Position numbers and translations under genes: made by a program
Notes under the pieces: generated by a model
Databases searched by the model: none
Told to the model about the DNA's origin: nothing
What the model saw: only the letters and a program-made list of their open reading frames with translations
In this document: one piece after another, positions 5,938 to 6,226 of the stretch
Numbering within the stretch: position 1 is the first letter of the stretch
Layout of the letters: each line of letters opens with the position of its first letter
Source: Octopus sinensis
Lineage: Eukaryota
Direction: 5' to 3'
Assembly: GCF_006345805.1 (NCBI RefSeq)
Contig: NW_021829364.1
Location: 1-6,226, forward strand
DNA length: 6,226 nt

Positions 5938-6226
5938 GTTTTCGGAATTGTAGTTCCTGAATATATATTGCTAATAATAATCCGGCTTCCATGAAAAAAC
6001 CTTGCTATTTGTATATACTAATGGACTTTATTTAACAGTTTCTGCTAATAATATTCTCTGCTATTGTTACGTCAGAGCTTTATGCGTCCTCCGGCGTATA
6101 GGATAGAGATTATACTTGATAACAATACACACTGTTTACTTCTAAGGTTTGCCGTGAAAGCAGTCTTCTACATTTACACGCACACAATAATTTGCGCAGA
6201 TGCTCGAACATCCATACCCTAAAGAA

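Noticed and set aside
1-6226. CRISPR array, operon or prokaryotic defence system
   Set aside because: No regularly spaced repeat-spacer units or gene-dense coding; the content is eukaryotic repeat DNA.

Overview
AT-rich animal genomic DNA (intergenic or intronic) with no intact protein-coding or RNA gene; about 60% of the window is transposon-derived. From recall, not a database search, the SINEs and the GGATC-ended MITE look like the abundant repeats of octopus/coleoid genomes. The window holds four nested-insertion clusters. (1) 222-1528: a decayed, internally deleted Tc1/mariner (maT/DD37D-like) element with both TIRs, interrupted by a tRNA/CORE-type SINE. (2) 1810-2801: three SINEs and a 5'-truncated RTE LINE, each with a readable target-site duplication; the three SINE TSDs all begin AATATT. 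(3) 3853-4235: an old SINE split in register by a younger relative. (4) 4474-5651: a second CORE-SINE next to a Tc1-type MITE that contains a GG-ended, 8-bp-TSD (Merlin-like) MITE carrying telomere-like repeats. Only two tracked ORFs reflect real coding origin: 435-746 (transposase) and 1979-2188 (RTE). I cannot show a new biological system. The best leads are possible SINE-into-SINE targeting, an AATATT target preference, and a GTCGA/TCGAC stem shared by the SINEs and the RTE 3' end.
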